A stretch of DNA of 63,712 bases, filler included, from an uncultured Methanosarcinales archaeon (GTDB lineage Archaea; Nanobdellota; Nanobdellia; Woesearchaeales; GW2011-AR9): the NCBI GenBank assembly GCA_964434885.1. It is 9 parts of 9 records of this genome, joined end to end, with 100 filler letters (N's around TTAATTAATTAA, not from the genome) between each part and the next. Parts side by side here need not be neighbours in the genome. Positions count along the whole stretch, not along the records: positions 47,541 to 54,487 come from CAYSWQ010000047.1; positions 54,588 to 61,438 come from CAYSWQ010000048.1; 7 more parts are not named here. One strand, written 5' to 3'. A model generated the notes under the pieces. It saw only the letters and a program-made list of their open reading frames with translations. It had not been told where the DNA came from and made no database searches. Every line of letters starts with the position of its first letter. Position 1 is the stretch's first letter. This document shows, one piece after another, positions 50,667 through 61,538 of the stretch. The translations under genes and the position numbers were made by a program.

Positions 50667-51125
50667 TTATTTTTCCATTTCCTCAATTATTTTATCTAGT
50701 TTGTAAGGGCTAACTAATTGTACTCTTCCAGGTAGTGTGGTGTGATACAACTCACCAGATTGCCTAGTATAATTCCACATGCTTCCAAAAATTAGTTCTC
50801 TAATTGAATCCTGGGCACCATTGGGAAACATACCTCCTAGAATTACTTTTTTATAATCTCCAACTGTTGGTCTTTCTCCATATCTCTCCAGATATGGGAC
50901 TTGATAAAAAACTCGACATTCTGCCCGATTTCTGTGAGAAGGATTACTTATGGCTCCGACCCATGGATCACCCATATGTTCAATTTCAGGTAACCTAATT
51001 TGATGATAAAAAAAGACTCGGTCCAAGGGTATTTTTTCTCTTACAGAACTCAAGGCAAATTTTAGAAAATCATATACTGTTTTTCCTGGTTCTGGTTTGA
51101 TTATTTCTCTTAATAACTTTCTCAT
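50667..51125 (-). CDS. Hypothetical protein
   Basis: 152-aa ORF preceded by GAGGGGAG SD. Confidence 0.7.
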   Translation of the reverse strand: MRKLLREIIKPEPGKTVYDFLKFALSSVREKIPLDRVFFYHQIRLPEIEHMGDPWVGAISNPSHRNRAECRVFYQVPYLERYGERPTVGDYKKVILGGMFPNGAQDSIRELIFGSMWNYTRQSGELYHTTLPGRVQLVSPYKLDKIIEEMEK

Positions 51126-51290
51126 TTTTATCTCCCCTCTCTTTTAAGCCCGAGAGTGTTGGCTTTTTTTAACAAATAAAAGACATATTTGTTATAATTA
51201 AGTAGTAACTTAAATCTTATATAAATTTTAGCCCCCCCTAAAGGGACTATTTTAGAAAGTTTTTTATACAAAGAAAAATTAACAAATTTA

Positions 51291-52046
51291 ATGCAACTAA
51301 ATCGACTAAAAGAGATTGGATTAACTGATGGAGAAATAAGAGTTTATCGGGCTTTGCTATCTTTAGGAGAATCTACCAAAACTCAATTATCCAAACATTC
51401 TAAGGTATCACAATCAAAAATTTATGAAGTAGCCACCAAATTAGCTGATAAAGGAATAATTTCGATTGTCAAAAAAGATGGTTTGATGCATTTCAAGGCA
51501 GCCACCCCACAAAGGTTGTTAGATTTTCTAGATAAGAAAGAGCAGAAAGTAAAACAAGAAAAAGAGATAATCACCGAAGTTCTGCCTTCTTTACTACAAC
51601 AATACGAAGAAAGTGAAACAGAACCAGAAGTAGAAGTTTTCTTTGGTTGGAAAGGAATGAAAACAGTTTACAAGGATATTGCTAACTCGTTGGGAAAAGG
51701 AGATATAAACTATACTTTTGGAGCAAGTTTGGGAAAAAATGATAAACAAGCAGACATTCATTTCAATTGGTATTATCAACAAGTGGAAAAGAAATGTTAC
51801 AAAACAAAAATAATTTTTAATGAAGAATTAAAAAAACATTCGCGAGTTAAATACTATAAAAAAAGTAAATTACATGAAATTAAATTTTTACATCAAAATA
51901 CAAATGCAGAAATTAATTTTTACAAAAATGTAGTACTTTTTATTTTGTTATTGAAACAACCATTAGTTATTCGAATCACTAGTCAAGAAGCAGCTGACTC
52001 ACAAAAGAAATTTTTTAAAACCTTGTGGAAACAAGCGAAACATTGA
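51291..52046 (+). CDS. TrmB family transcriptional regulator
   Basis: IGLTDGEIRVY.ALL, SKIYEV..L..KG, VEVFFGWKG. Confidence 0.9.
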   Translation: MQLNRLKEIGLTDGEIRVYRALLSLGESTKTQLSKHSKVSQSKIYEVATKLADKGIISIVKKDGLMHFKAATPQRLLDFLDKKEQKVKQEKEIITEVLPSLLQQYEESETEPEVEVFFGWKGMKTVYKDIANSLGKGDINYTFGASLGKNDKQADIHFNWYYQQVEKKCYKTKIIFNEELKKHSRVKYYKKSKLHEIKFLHQNTNAEINFYKNVVLFILLLKQPLVIRITSQEAADSQKKFFKTLWKQAKH

Positions 52047-52101
52047 AATTTCTTTTATTCTATAGAAACTATTAAATACTCCCATTAATCCTGATAAAAA
52101 G

Positions 52102-53349
52102 ATGTTAAAATTCCTAAAAAATCTTCTAAAAAAAGAAGAAATAATTGAAAAAGAAGAAGTTAAAGAAGTAGAATTAGAAGATTGGTTGAAGAATAAAATA
52201 TCTCGACTAGATTTTCAAGAAGAAATTAATGCATTTTATCAAATAGTAGAAGAAAAAAAGGAATTGTTGGGGGAGAAAATTGAAATTTTAGAAAATTCTG
52301 AATTTGATGAAAAACAAAATGTAGAAGAGAAGATAAAAAATATTGTATTGGGCCATAAAGATAATTATGTAAATGCCACTAAACAGTTTTTGGAAAATAT
52401 CAGTTTTCCTGAAGAAAGGAATATTTCAGGAGCAATAGAATTTAGTGTTGATCTAAATAAAGCTTTAGATTTCTTGTCCCAAAGAACAGCAAAAAGTTAT
52501 CAAGCTGCACAACATCTCTTTTTTAATCCAGTAGAAGATGTATTTAATACACTAAGAAGTTTGAATTCCAATGTTTTGGAGTTTAATAATAAATTAGAAA
52601 AGAAAGGTGTTTTTAAAATTGAAAAATTAAAGGAAAAAATTAATTTATTGAATGAACTTCAGGGAAAAAGAAAAAAATTGCAAAAAGAGATTGGGTGGAA
52701 AGAAGAGAAATTAGCTCGTTGTCTCGAAGGTAAAACAAAACATAAGAAAGAGATTAGCAAATTAAAACAAAGTGAAGATTATGAAGAATTTAAAATTTTG
52801 CAAGAAAAGGAAGAAAACATTAAAGACAAAATAAAAGACAACAAAGATGAAATTTATGTTTTCTTTTCAAATTTAGAAAGAGTGTTGAGAAAATATGAAA
52901 GAATATGTATTGAACCAAAAAAAATTAAGGAGTATTTGGATAATTCGATAAAAGCATTACTTGGTGATGTTGATTTGAAAATATTAAATATATTAGAAAG
53001 TCTGGAAAAAAGTTTGGTGGAAATTGAAACGGATGAAAAAAAGAGAACTCAAATAAGGGATTGTCTGTCTAAAGCAAACAGAGGCTTCTTGAAAGAATTG
53101 CAAAATAAAAATGAAGAACTACAAACTGAAAAGGCTAATTTAAATTCTAAATTAAGAAGATACAATATAGAACAGAAAATTGAAGAGGCAGAATATAAAT
53201 TAGATCATTTTGGAGAACAAATAACCAAGGTAAGAAGAGAGATTGATGAATGGAAGGTTAAATTAAATTCATTAGATGGATTAAAATTGAAAGCGGATTT
53301 GTTTGATTTAATCAAAAAGGTATTCAAGATTGAAATTAAATTATCTTGA
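52102..53349 (+). CDS. Coiled-coil hypothetical protein
   Basis: 415 aa, E/K-rich heptad character, no NTPase motif. Confidence 0.8.
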   Translation: MLKFLKNLLKKEEIIEKEEVKEVELEDWLKNKISRLDFQEEINAFYQIVEEKKELLGEKIEILENSEFDEKQNVEEKIKNIVLGHKDNYVNATKQFLENISFPEERNISGAIEFSVDLNKALDFLSQRTAKSYQAAQHLFFNPVEDVFNTLRSLNSNVLEFNNKLEKKGVFKIEKLKEKINLLNELQGKRKKLQKEIGWKEEKLARCLEGKTKHKKEISKLKQSEDYEEFKILQEKEENIKDKIKDNKDEIYVFFSNLERVLRKYERICIEPKKIKEYLDNSIKALLGDVDLKILNILESLEKSLVEIETDEKKRTQIRDCLSKANRGFLKELQNKNEELQTEKANLNSKLRRYNIEQKIEEAEYKLDHFGEQITKVRREIDEWKVKLNSLDGLKLKADLFDLIKKVFKIEIKLS

Positions 53350-53374
53350 ATTTTCTATCCCTATTTTTTTATTA

Positions 53375-53388
53375 GAAAGATTTATAAA
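53375..53388 (+). promoter_or_regulatory. BRE-TATA promoter of the 16S rRNA gene
   Basis: GAAAGA TTTATAAA about 115 nt upstream of the mature 16S start. Confidence 0.65.
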
Positions 53389-53500
53389 TGAGTGATTACC
53401 CCAGAATAAAGCACATGTGTATTCAATTAATCTTGAGTACGAAAAAGGTGATCCTAAACGACAATTCTACAAGTTGTGATCGTCAAATAAGCAAATTTTA

Positions 53501-54487
<987 letters not shown>

Positions 54488-54587
54488 NNNNNNNNNNNNN
54501 NNNNNNNNNNNNNNNNNNNNNNNNNNNNNNNTTAATTAATTAANNNNNNNNNNNNNNNNNNNNNNNNNNNNNNNNNNNNNNNNNNNN

Positions 54588-55521
54588 ACAAAGAAATAAA
54601 GAGATTGAACAAATGAATACTATTGCTGCAAGATATGAAAAAGAGAAGGCGAATAAGTATTATGAAGGGAAGTTGGGTACTGATTTAAAAAGTGGAACTA
54701 CTAAAGACGTTTTGACTTTGTTAGGGGCACCACTAGGTACATTCCAAAAATTAGGTAAATATCAAGGGTTGTCTAATCTAATTGCACCAGATATGACTAA
54801 TGAATGGATGGATTGGAGTGAACAAGCAGTTGGTGCGGCAATGGATGCAGTGGGTTATTTAAGTAAGGAATGGTGTGATTATGCTGATTTACAAACTCAT
54901 GAAAATGCAAATGGGGAGAATTATGTATTTGTAGAAGACCAATCGGGAAATAAACAATTTGTAGGAAGAATTCAAGCTGAGGTTAGTGATTCTAAAACAT
55001 TTTTGATGTGTCACCCAGTCAATAAAACTTGTCCAAATAATTACTATTGTAAAAATACTCTTTGTTATAAAGATGAATTTGCAACTACTCCTGAAAAAGG
55101 ATATTTACATAAGATTGAATGGGGAGTAACTGCACCACAAGATTCTAAAGCAACTCCTTTTGTAGATGAGAATAATAAAGCAGTTAAGTTTAATGTGATG
55201 TTGTCTTACAAAGGAATAGAAACTCCACTATATTTACGTTCTAATTATAATAAGTATGAAGTAATTCAGCTTACTAATGGAGAATCTGATAAAGGAATTG
55301 TTTTGATGTATTTAGGAGATATAGCTGATAAAGCATGTGTTAAATTTAGCGATACTGCTTATCCAACTGATAGATATGGAAAAGGAAGAGTGAATGAAAT
55401 ATGTGCCAATATTGTAGGAATTGCTAAAACAGGGGTAGATTTCACAGATACAGATGCTGGAAGTACACCTTCTTTTACAGTGCAAGGTGGTAAAGTTAGC
55501 CAGAATAGTAATCTTTGGTAG
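54588..55521 (+). CDS. C-terminal part of a hypothetical, probably extracellular, Cys-containing protein; 5' partial
   Basis: Frame open from the contig edge; C..C..C..C module. Confidence 0.7.
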
Positions 55522-55523
55522 GT

Positions 55524-56111
55524 TTATATTATTTCTTCTGGAAAAGTTTCTGAAAGTGATTTATAGTAATTATTTATTTTTTCCCAATTTTGAGTTAGTT
55601 TTAAGTTGATTAGGTTTTTTAATAAGTCAAGATCATTAAATAATAAAGTATTGTTTTGGAAAGGGATTTCTAGAAATTCAGAACCTCTTATTTCTACAAT
55701 TATTTTGTTGCTAATACTTAACAAGCAGCTTTTTTTATATGTTTTTTTAGATAGGTTAAGTAATTCTTCAGCTGATTTTAAATCTTGACAACAGACATGA
55801 AGAATGAATGGTTCTAATCTTAACCAAACTAATCCTTCCGTGTTAATTTCTAGAAAATCTTCTTTAATGTAATCATGACTTACTTTTAACCATTCTATTT
55901 CATTTTTCTTGTGATTTTGTAGAGAAATGCCTGTTGTTCTCTTTTCACGGCTTTTCCATAGTAAAACTCTTCCAGAACAAGAAGAAGTGGTGAAATAATC
56001 TGATTGCGAGTTTATTTTACTTAATAGGGGAATTATTGCTTCATCAATTGAACCTTTTTTTGATTTATCTAGTTTTTGTAAAAAAATTTTCTTTTGATTT
56101 TGGAAAGACAT
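55524..56111 (-). CDS. taw3: tRNA wybutosine-pathway methyltransferase Taw3/TYW3
   Basis: DKSKKGSID, YFTTSSCSGR, EPFILHVCC, IVEIRGSE. Confidence 0.9.
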   Translation of the reverse strand: MSFQNQKKIFLQKLDKSKKGSIDEAIIPLLSKINSQSDYFTTSSCSGRVLLWKSREKRTTGISLQNHKKNEIEWLKVSHDYIKEDFLEINTEGLVWLRLEPFILHVCCQDLKSAEELLNLSKKTYKKSCLLSISNKIIVEIRGSEFLEIPFQNNTLLFNDLDLLKNLINLKLTQNWEKINNYYKSLSETFPEEII

Positions 56112-56192
56112 AGATATTTATTATTAATTTATTTTAAAAAGATTATTGATTAAAACGAAACATTTATCAAAGCTTAAGAAAATGTTTTGTTT

Positions 56193-56906
56193 ATGAAAAT
56201 TTTAATCGGAAAAAAGAAAAAGTATTTTGTTAAAGATACTTCTGCTGATTTTCATACTTCTGAAGGAGTGATTGATAAAAAAGATTTGAAAAAAACAGGA
56301 TTAGTAAAGACTAATCGGAAAAAAGAATTTTTATTAGTAGAACCTAATTTTGTTGATTTGTGGGAGAATATCAAAAGAGGACCACAAGTAGTTTTGCAAA
56401 AAGATATTGGGATGATTATAACTAAAACAGGAGTTAATAAGAATTCAAAAGTAGTTGATGCTGGTGGTGGTTCTGGAAGTATGTGTTGTTATTTAGCTCA
56501 TTTGTGTAAAGATGTAACAACTTATGAAATTCAAAAAGACTTAATTCCAGTTTTGAAGTATAATAAAAAATTATTTGATTTAGATAATTTGAAAATTAAA
56601 AATAAAAGTATTTATGAAGGAATTGTTGAGAAGAATTTAGACTTGATTACTTTAGATTTAGCACAGCCATGGCAAGTAATTGAATCGGCAGAAAAGGCTT
56701 TAAAAGTTGGTGGGTTTTTAGTAGTGTATTTACCTAACATTATTCAAGTTAAATTGTTTGTGGATGCAGTGAAAGATTCTTCGATTAAATTATTGGAAGT
56801 AGAAGAATTGATGGAAAGAAAGTGGAAAGTGGAAGATAAAATTTTACGTCCAGAATATGAAATGTTAGGACATACTGGTTTTTTATGTTTTTGTCGAAAG
56901 TTCTAA
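56193..56906 (+). CDS. trmI: tRNA (adenine57/58-N1)-methyltransferase TrmI/Gcd14
   Basis: RGPQVVLQKD, DAGGGSGS, LDLAQPW, RP..MLGHTGFL. Confidence 0.92.
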   Translation: MKILIGKKKKYFVKDTSADFHTSEGVIDKKDLKKTGLVKTNRKKEFLLVEPNFVDLWENIKRGPQVVLQKDIGMIITKTGVNKNSKVVDAGGGSGSMCCYLAHLCKDVTTYEIQKDLIPVLKYNKKLFDLDNLKIKNKSIYEGIVEKNLDLITLDLAQPWQVIESAEKALKVGGFLVVYLPNIIQVKLFVDAVKDSSIKLLEVEELMERKWKVEDKILRPEYEMLGHTGFLCFCRKF

Positions 56907-56956
56907 CCAAAGGATGATAAGAAAATTATTTAAAGCATCTTTTAACATTTATTTTT

Positions 56957-57337
56957 ATGCGTATCAGTGGGCAAAGTAGACAATTAGATTTAGAACACAC
57001 AATTTCTCGATTTGAAAGATACTTTGCTGACTCTGGGCCAGAACAGAAAAAATTATTTGAATTTTTTAAAGGAGCTGTTGCTCTTGAAGAGGCCTATATT
57101 GACGGAGAGTGTTACACTGATAATCCTTCTAAAGATTTTATTGCTGGTAGATGGAATGGTCACGATCCAGAAAAAATTTCGGTAAGGTTGGGATTAGAAA
57201 ATAATGAAGTTTTTTTACAATTAGTCTCCAGGGTTAATTCAGTAATACAGGTATTTAATTATCAATCTCATTTAAAATTGGATTCTTCTTCAGTACAAGG
57301 AGAATTCCAGTCGACAGTAAGAGAATATTTAAAATGA
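56957..57337 (+). CDS. Hypothetical protein
   Basis: 126-aa ORF; ATGA overlap with dut. Confidence 0.7.
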   Translation: MRISGQSRQLDLEHTISRFERYFADSGPEQKKLFEFFKGAVALEEAYIDGECYTDNPSKDFIAGRWNGHDPEKISVRLGLENNEVFLQLVSRVNSVIQVFNYQSHLKLDSSSVQGEFQSTVREYLK

Positions 57338-57759
57338 CAATTAAAATAAAGAAAGTTGATTCAGAAGCTAAATTACCCAATTATGCTCATCCAGGAGACG
57401 CAGGGATGGATTTTTTTTCTAATGAAGAAGTTTTTTTGAAACCTGGTGAGAGGAGGTTGATAAGTACAGGTATTTCAATGGCGATTCCAGAAGGTTATGT
57501 TGGTTTAATGTGGGACAAATCAGGTATTGCTAGTAAGTTTGGAATTAAGTCAATGGCAGGGGTGATTGATGCTGGTTATCGGGGAGAAGTTAAGATACTT
57601 TTACACAATTTATCTAAATATGATTTTCAGATTGAAAAAGGAATGAAGATAGCTCAAATGTTAATCCAACCAGTAGAACAAAAACAGTTAATTGAAGTTG
57701 ATAGTTTGGAAGAGACCGAAAGGAATGAAGGTGGTTTTGGAAGTACTGGGTTAGTTTAG
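57334..57759 (+). CDS. dut: Trimeric dUTP pyrophosphatase
   Basis: AGMD, KSG, GVIDAGYRGE, IAQ, RNEGGFGSTG. Confidence 0.96.
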   Translation: MTIKIKKVDSEAKLPNYAHPGDAGMDFFSNEEVFLKPGERRLISTGISMAIPEGYVGLMWDKSGIASKFGIKSMAGVIDAGYRGEVKILLHNLSKYDFQIEKGMKIAQMLIQPVEQKQLIEVDSLEETERNEGGFGSTGLV

Positions 57760-57809
57760 AAATTCTAAAACTTATTTATTAAAAAAAAGAATAAAGAAAA
57801 AATAAAAAA

Positions 57810-59660
57810 CTAGAAATTAACTAAAACTTCTGCGTCTTTTCCAAAGTGATCTTTGATGCTATCAAAGACTGCTTCTTTGATGAACACTTTTCCTGGGAAT
57901 TTAGCTTTAGCTAGGGCTTTTTCAAATTCTTCTAAAGAGCAAATTTCAGAAGGACCTAAACTACCATCTGGGTTGATAGGTGCTTTTTCAATTTCTCTAT
58001 CTTTAGCATCTAAATCACGGACAATAAAAGCAATATCATCTAACAAGATTATTTCACCATATTTGTCTCCGTGTTTGATTTTGATTTTTGCTCTTTCTAA
58101 AGCTCGACCACGTTTTCTTTGCATGAATTCAACTAAAAACTTGATCAATGGACTACTTCCTTTTCTAGCTTTTTCAATTTCAGCCTTAGTTAGTTTTCCT
58201 TTATCATAATCAAGTTTAGCTTGAACGATTTCATTTAAATCTCTTAGATAACGAGCTGGAACTTTACCAGTGGAGATTAGTTCATTTTCAAAGATTTCAA
58301 TAATATCTGAATCTTTGGCTTTTTCTACTCCTTCTAATCTCAGGACATCTCTGATAATGGTAACAATCTCGTCATAAAGTTTAACGACACTGGTTTCTTC
58401 ATGAGTTTTTTCTATTTGTTTGAATAATCTTTGGATTCTTTTCAGATATTTTTCAGCATTTTTCAATAACTCATCTAATTCTTTACCAGTTAGTGCTTTT
58501 TTTGTTCCGTGTTCAATTTCTTTTCTAATCTGAACATTTTTCTCTAAGATTTTTACATATTCAGGTTCCAAGATTTTTTCTTTATCCACGAAAATTCTTT
58601 TCATAACTTCCGGAGTTTCACTTGGAGTGGGTGGAGGAATACCATACAACATTAAAGCAGCTTGACTTGGAGTGAGGATGGAGTAATAAGTGTCTTCCAT
58701 TCCCATATCTTTAATCTTGGTTTTAATTCGAGTAAGCATTTGATCTCCAGTACTCATGAACATATCAATAGCTTCTCGACTAGGTTTGATTTTACCCATC
58801 TTTAACATTAATTTCCAAGGCATAAACATTCCTCGATCATAGAAAGGAACTCCATCTCTAAGTAAGGTAAAGATGATTGGGTTAGCTTCTTTTAATGAAT
58901 CCCAGAAATCAGTTAAGATATAAACTTGGATATTCAGTTTATTTTTGATTCCGGTCATTTCTCCAGCTTCGATTCCCATACCAATAATGATGGCTCTAAG
59001 TTTATCTTTTAATTCAGCTCGAGTCATTTTCTTGACATCAGTATCATCGATAACAATCCAAACATCAATATCTGATTTAGAGGTAGCTCGACCTTGGGTT
59101 AGAGAACCAGCTAAAGCATAAGTGGTGATGTATTTTTCAAACTTTTTCAGAACCATGGTTTTGTGGATTTCTGCGATTTTAATTGCAGACAACATTCCAG
59201 TATCATGTACGGGGGCACCCATAGCAATTAATTTTAGTAAATCATATTTTCCATCATAACAATTTTGCCATAATTCCGTTAATAATAGACTTTGAGGAAC
59301 TAATTTAGAATCTACTTCCTTACCCATTTGAGCAATAATTGTAGAAAATTTTTCTTTTAGTTCTTCTTTAGACATTTTTTGGCTTGTGGTGTCATCAACT
59401 AGAACCAAAGCATTGATTTGATCAGGAGAAGATTTAGTTTGTTTTTCTCCTTCTTTGGGTGGTTTTTCTGGAGGCAATAAAGAAATACCGACGATATAAT
59501 CTCCAAATTTATCAACAACTTTTTTAGTAAATTTATCTAATTTGGTTTTGATTGCTTTAAGTTTCTTTTCCATTTCTGGAGTTAATTTTGGTTGTCCAGG
59601 AGCTGGAGGTAATTGTTTTGTTTTTTTAGCATTAGTTTTCTTAGTTTGTTTTTTAGCCAT
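57810..59660 (-). CDS. Large nucleotidyltransferase-domain protein (degenerate MNT + MNT + HEPN-like domains)
   Basis: LAGSL..SDIDVWIVIDD; an earlier copy IVGISLL..INALVLVDD; DTYYSI..QAALML..RKEIEH. Confidence 0.8.
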   Translation of the reverse strand: MAKKQTKKTNAKKTKQLPPAPGQPKLTPEMEKKLKAIKTKLDKFTKKVVDKFGDYIVGISLLPPEKPPKEGEKQTKSSPDQINALVLVDDTTSQKMSKEELKEKFSTIIAQMGKEVDSKLVPQSLLLTELWQNCYDGKYDLLKLIAMGAPVHDTGMLSAIKIAEIHKTMVLKKFEKYITTYALAGSLTQGRATSKSDIDVWIVIDDTDVKKMTRAELKDKLRAIIIGMGIEAGEMTGIKNKLNIQVYILTDFWDSLKEANPIIFTLLRDGVPFYDRGMFMPWKLMLKMGKIKPSREAIDMFMSTGDQMLTRIKTKIKDMGMEDTYYSILTPSQAALMLYGIPPPTPSETPEVMKRIFVDKEKILEPEYVKILEKNVQIRKEIEHGTKKALTGKELDELLKNAEKYLKRIQRLFKQIEKTHEETSVVKLYDEIVTIIRDVLRLEGVEKAKDSDIIEIFENELISTGKVPARYLRDLNEIVQAKLDYDKGKLTKAEIEKARKGSSPLIKFLVEFMQRKRGRALERAKIKIKHGDKYGEIILLDDIAFIVRDLDAKDREIEKAPINPDGSLGPSEICSLEEFEKALAKAKFPGKVFIKEAVFDSIKDHFGKDAEVLVNF

Positions 59661-59872
59661 TTTTATCCTCGTTATTTTTTATTTATTAACTTAATTAGTC
59701 CTCAATAAAGTACCACCCACTTGAGACTTTTAAATTATATACTAGAAAATATATTTGAGGTCTTTTTAAGTCTTTCGTTTTTGGTGAGACATTTTGGTCA
59801 TGTTTTTTAAGTATTGATGATCGGGTTAAAGAAAGGAAATATTTAAATAGATAGATTTATTGCTTTTACATT

Positions 59873-60541
59873 ATGGCAGATAAGAAAAAAAATCCAGACC
59901 CTTGGCATAAGAGTAATATTGATGGTACTTTTAAACATCGTAAAGCACATCAAAGAGATTTAATTAATGTTGTTAAAGCAATGGATTCTCAGTTAAAAAA
60001 AGAAGTTACTGAAGTTCTTAAGAAGCATACAGAAAAAGGCTTACCTAATTGGTCATTATTAGATTCTGAACATAAAGATTATAACAAAGACGTTGCCGAT
60101 GAAGTAAGGAAAAAAATTGATGATGTATATTCATTAGATAGTAAATTACATCCATTAAAAGATGTTATTGAAAAAGCCAACTTAAAAAATAATTATTTCA
60201 ATGACAAATTAATTCAAGGAATGTATTTTGGTCATGCAGAAGCATTAAAACAATCTATTGGTTCTAAAGATTATATGCAAAATTTAGAAGGAATTCAAGA
60301 AAAAAACCTGGAGAATGTGGCTAAAGCAACTTCTCAACATATGTTGGCAGGTTTGGATAATGAAAAACATGGCAAAGGAGTTGTTGAGTATATTCAAGAT
60401 AAATATAAATTTGATAAAGATAAAGTTAGTTCTGATCGAATGGAAAATGATGCAGCAGATTTGTTAATTAACCATATTAATAAGCGGTTAAGTAAAGATT
60501 CAATCCACAGAGAATATAAAACCCACCCAAAAAAGAAATAA
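59873..60541 (+). CDS. Hypothetical protein (paralog of 60605-61231)
   Basis: Shared block IDDVYS..LHPLKDVI..NYFNDKLIQGMYFGH; own TATA box. Confidence 0.8.
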   Translation: MADKKKNPDPWHKSNIDGTFKHRKAHQRDLINVVKAMDSQLKKEVTEVLKKHTEKGLPNWSLLDSEHKDYNKDVADEVRKKIDDVYSLDSKLHPLKDVIEKANLKNNYFNDKLIQGMYFGHAEALKQSIGSKDYMQNLEGIQEKNLENVAKATSQHMLAGLDNEKHGKGVVEYIQDKYKFDKDKVSSDRMENDAADLLINHINKRLSKDSIHREYKTHPKKK

Positions 60542-60604
60542 TTGTCACTTTGTAGTAGTATTTAGCGAAAGATTTATATAGTAGTTCTACCTTTAGATAT
60601 TAAA

Positions 60605-61231
60605 ATGGTACAAAATAGTGTTGAAACAAAAGTTGAGGATTTAAGAAATTATATTAATGCAGTTAAAGTAGTAGAAGCTGATTTATTGACTAAGATTCAT
60701 TCTTTAGTTGATGGAGCAACCCCTACTGTTCCTGGACAATTACCAGATTATTCAAGAATAGAAGATCCAGCTTCAAGTGCTTTAAGAACTAGTATCGTTT
60801 CTGCGATTGACGACGCATATTCACCTACTAATCCATTACACCCAATGCACCATGTAATTGATGCTACCGCAATGGGGCATAATTTTTACAATGAGGCTTT
60901 GTTGAAAAATTTGCTTTTCCCACATGGAGATCAGTTAAAAACAGAAGTGGGCAAACCAGATTTAGTGGATAAATTACAAGGAGCAGCGTCAAAATCTCAA
61001 GAACAGCTACATCAAAGATTAGCTGCCTCAGCAGGAAGTGATGTTGTTGCAAACCATAATTTGGCTGATTTGCAAACATATCTGAAAGCACATTATGCAG
61101 GAATTGATCCTGAAATTAATGCAGTTACAGATAAAACTGATTTTAATTCAGCTTATGCAATGGATATCTTAAGACAGAGAAACTTCCAAATAACTCCAGA
61201 TAGTATTAAGCAAGCTATTAAGGGGAATTAA
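60605..61231 (+). CDS. Hypothetical protein (paralog of 59873-60541)
   Basis: IDDAYS..LHPMHHVI..NFYNEALLKNLLFPH; CGAAAGATTTATATA promoter at 60566-60580; T-rich tract after the stop. Confidence 0.8.
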   Translation: MVQNSVETKVEDLRNYINAVKVVEADLLTKIHSLVDGATPTVPGQLPDYSRIEDPASSALRTSIVSAIDDAYSPTNPLHPMHHVIDATAMGHNFYNEALLKNLLFPHGDQLKTEVGKPDLVDKLQGAASKSQEQLHQRLAASAGSDVVANHNLADLQTYLKAHYAGIDPEINAVTDKTDFNSAYAMDILRQRNFQITPDSIKQAIKGN

Positions 61232-61304
61232 TTTTTTTCTTTTTGATTTTTTTGTCCCACTTTTTTACATTAGTTATTTAATTGATTAAAACATCTAGTT
61301 CTTT

Positions 61305-61438
61305 ATGCAAACTGAAATGTCTCATTATCAACAAAGTAATTTGAATGATCTAATTAGTGGCATGAATTATAATACTTTGGCGATGGTTGATAAGAAAGGC
61401 AATACTTATACTCAAAAAAGTTCTTCTGATGAAATTAA
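61305..61438 (+). CDS. Short ORF truncated by the contig end
   Basis: ATG 61305 open to the edge; no motif. Confidence 0.4.
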
Positions 61439-61538
61439 NNNNNNNNNNNNNNNNNNNNNNNNNNNNNNNNNNNNNNNNNNNNTTAATTAATTAANNNNNN
61501 NNNNNNNNNNNNNNNNNNNNNNNNNNNNNNNNNNNNNN

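Noticed and set aside
51225..51250. Imperfect palindrome TAGCCCCCCCTAAAGGGACTA upstream of the TrmB gene
   Set aside because: Short, mismatched and single-copy; too weak to call an operator.
52102..53349. SMC/Rad50-like ATPase
   Set aside because: Coiled coil only; no Walker A/B, hinge or hook motif seen.
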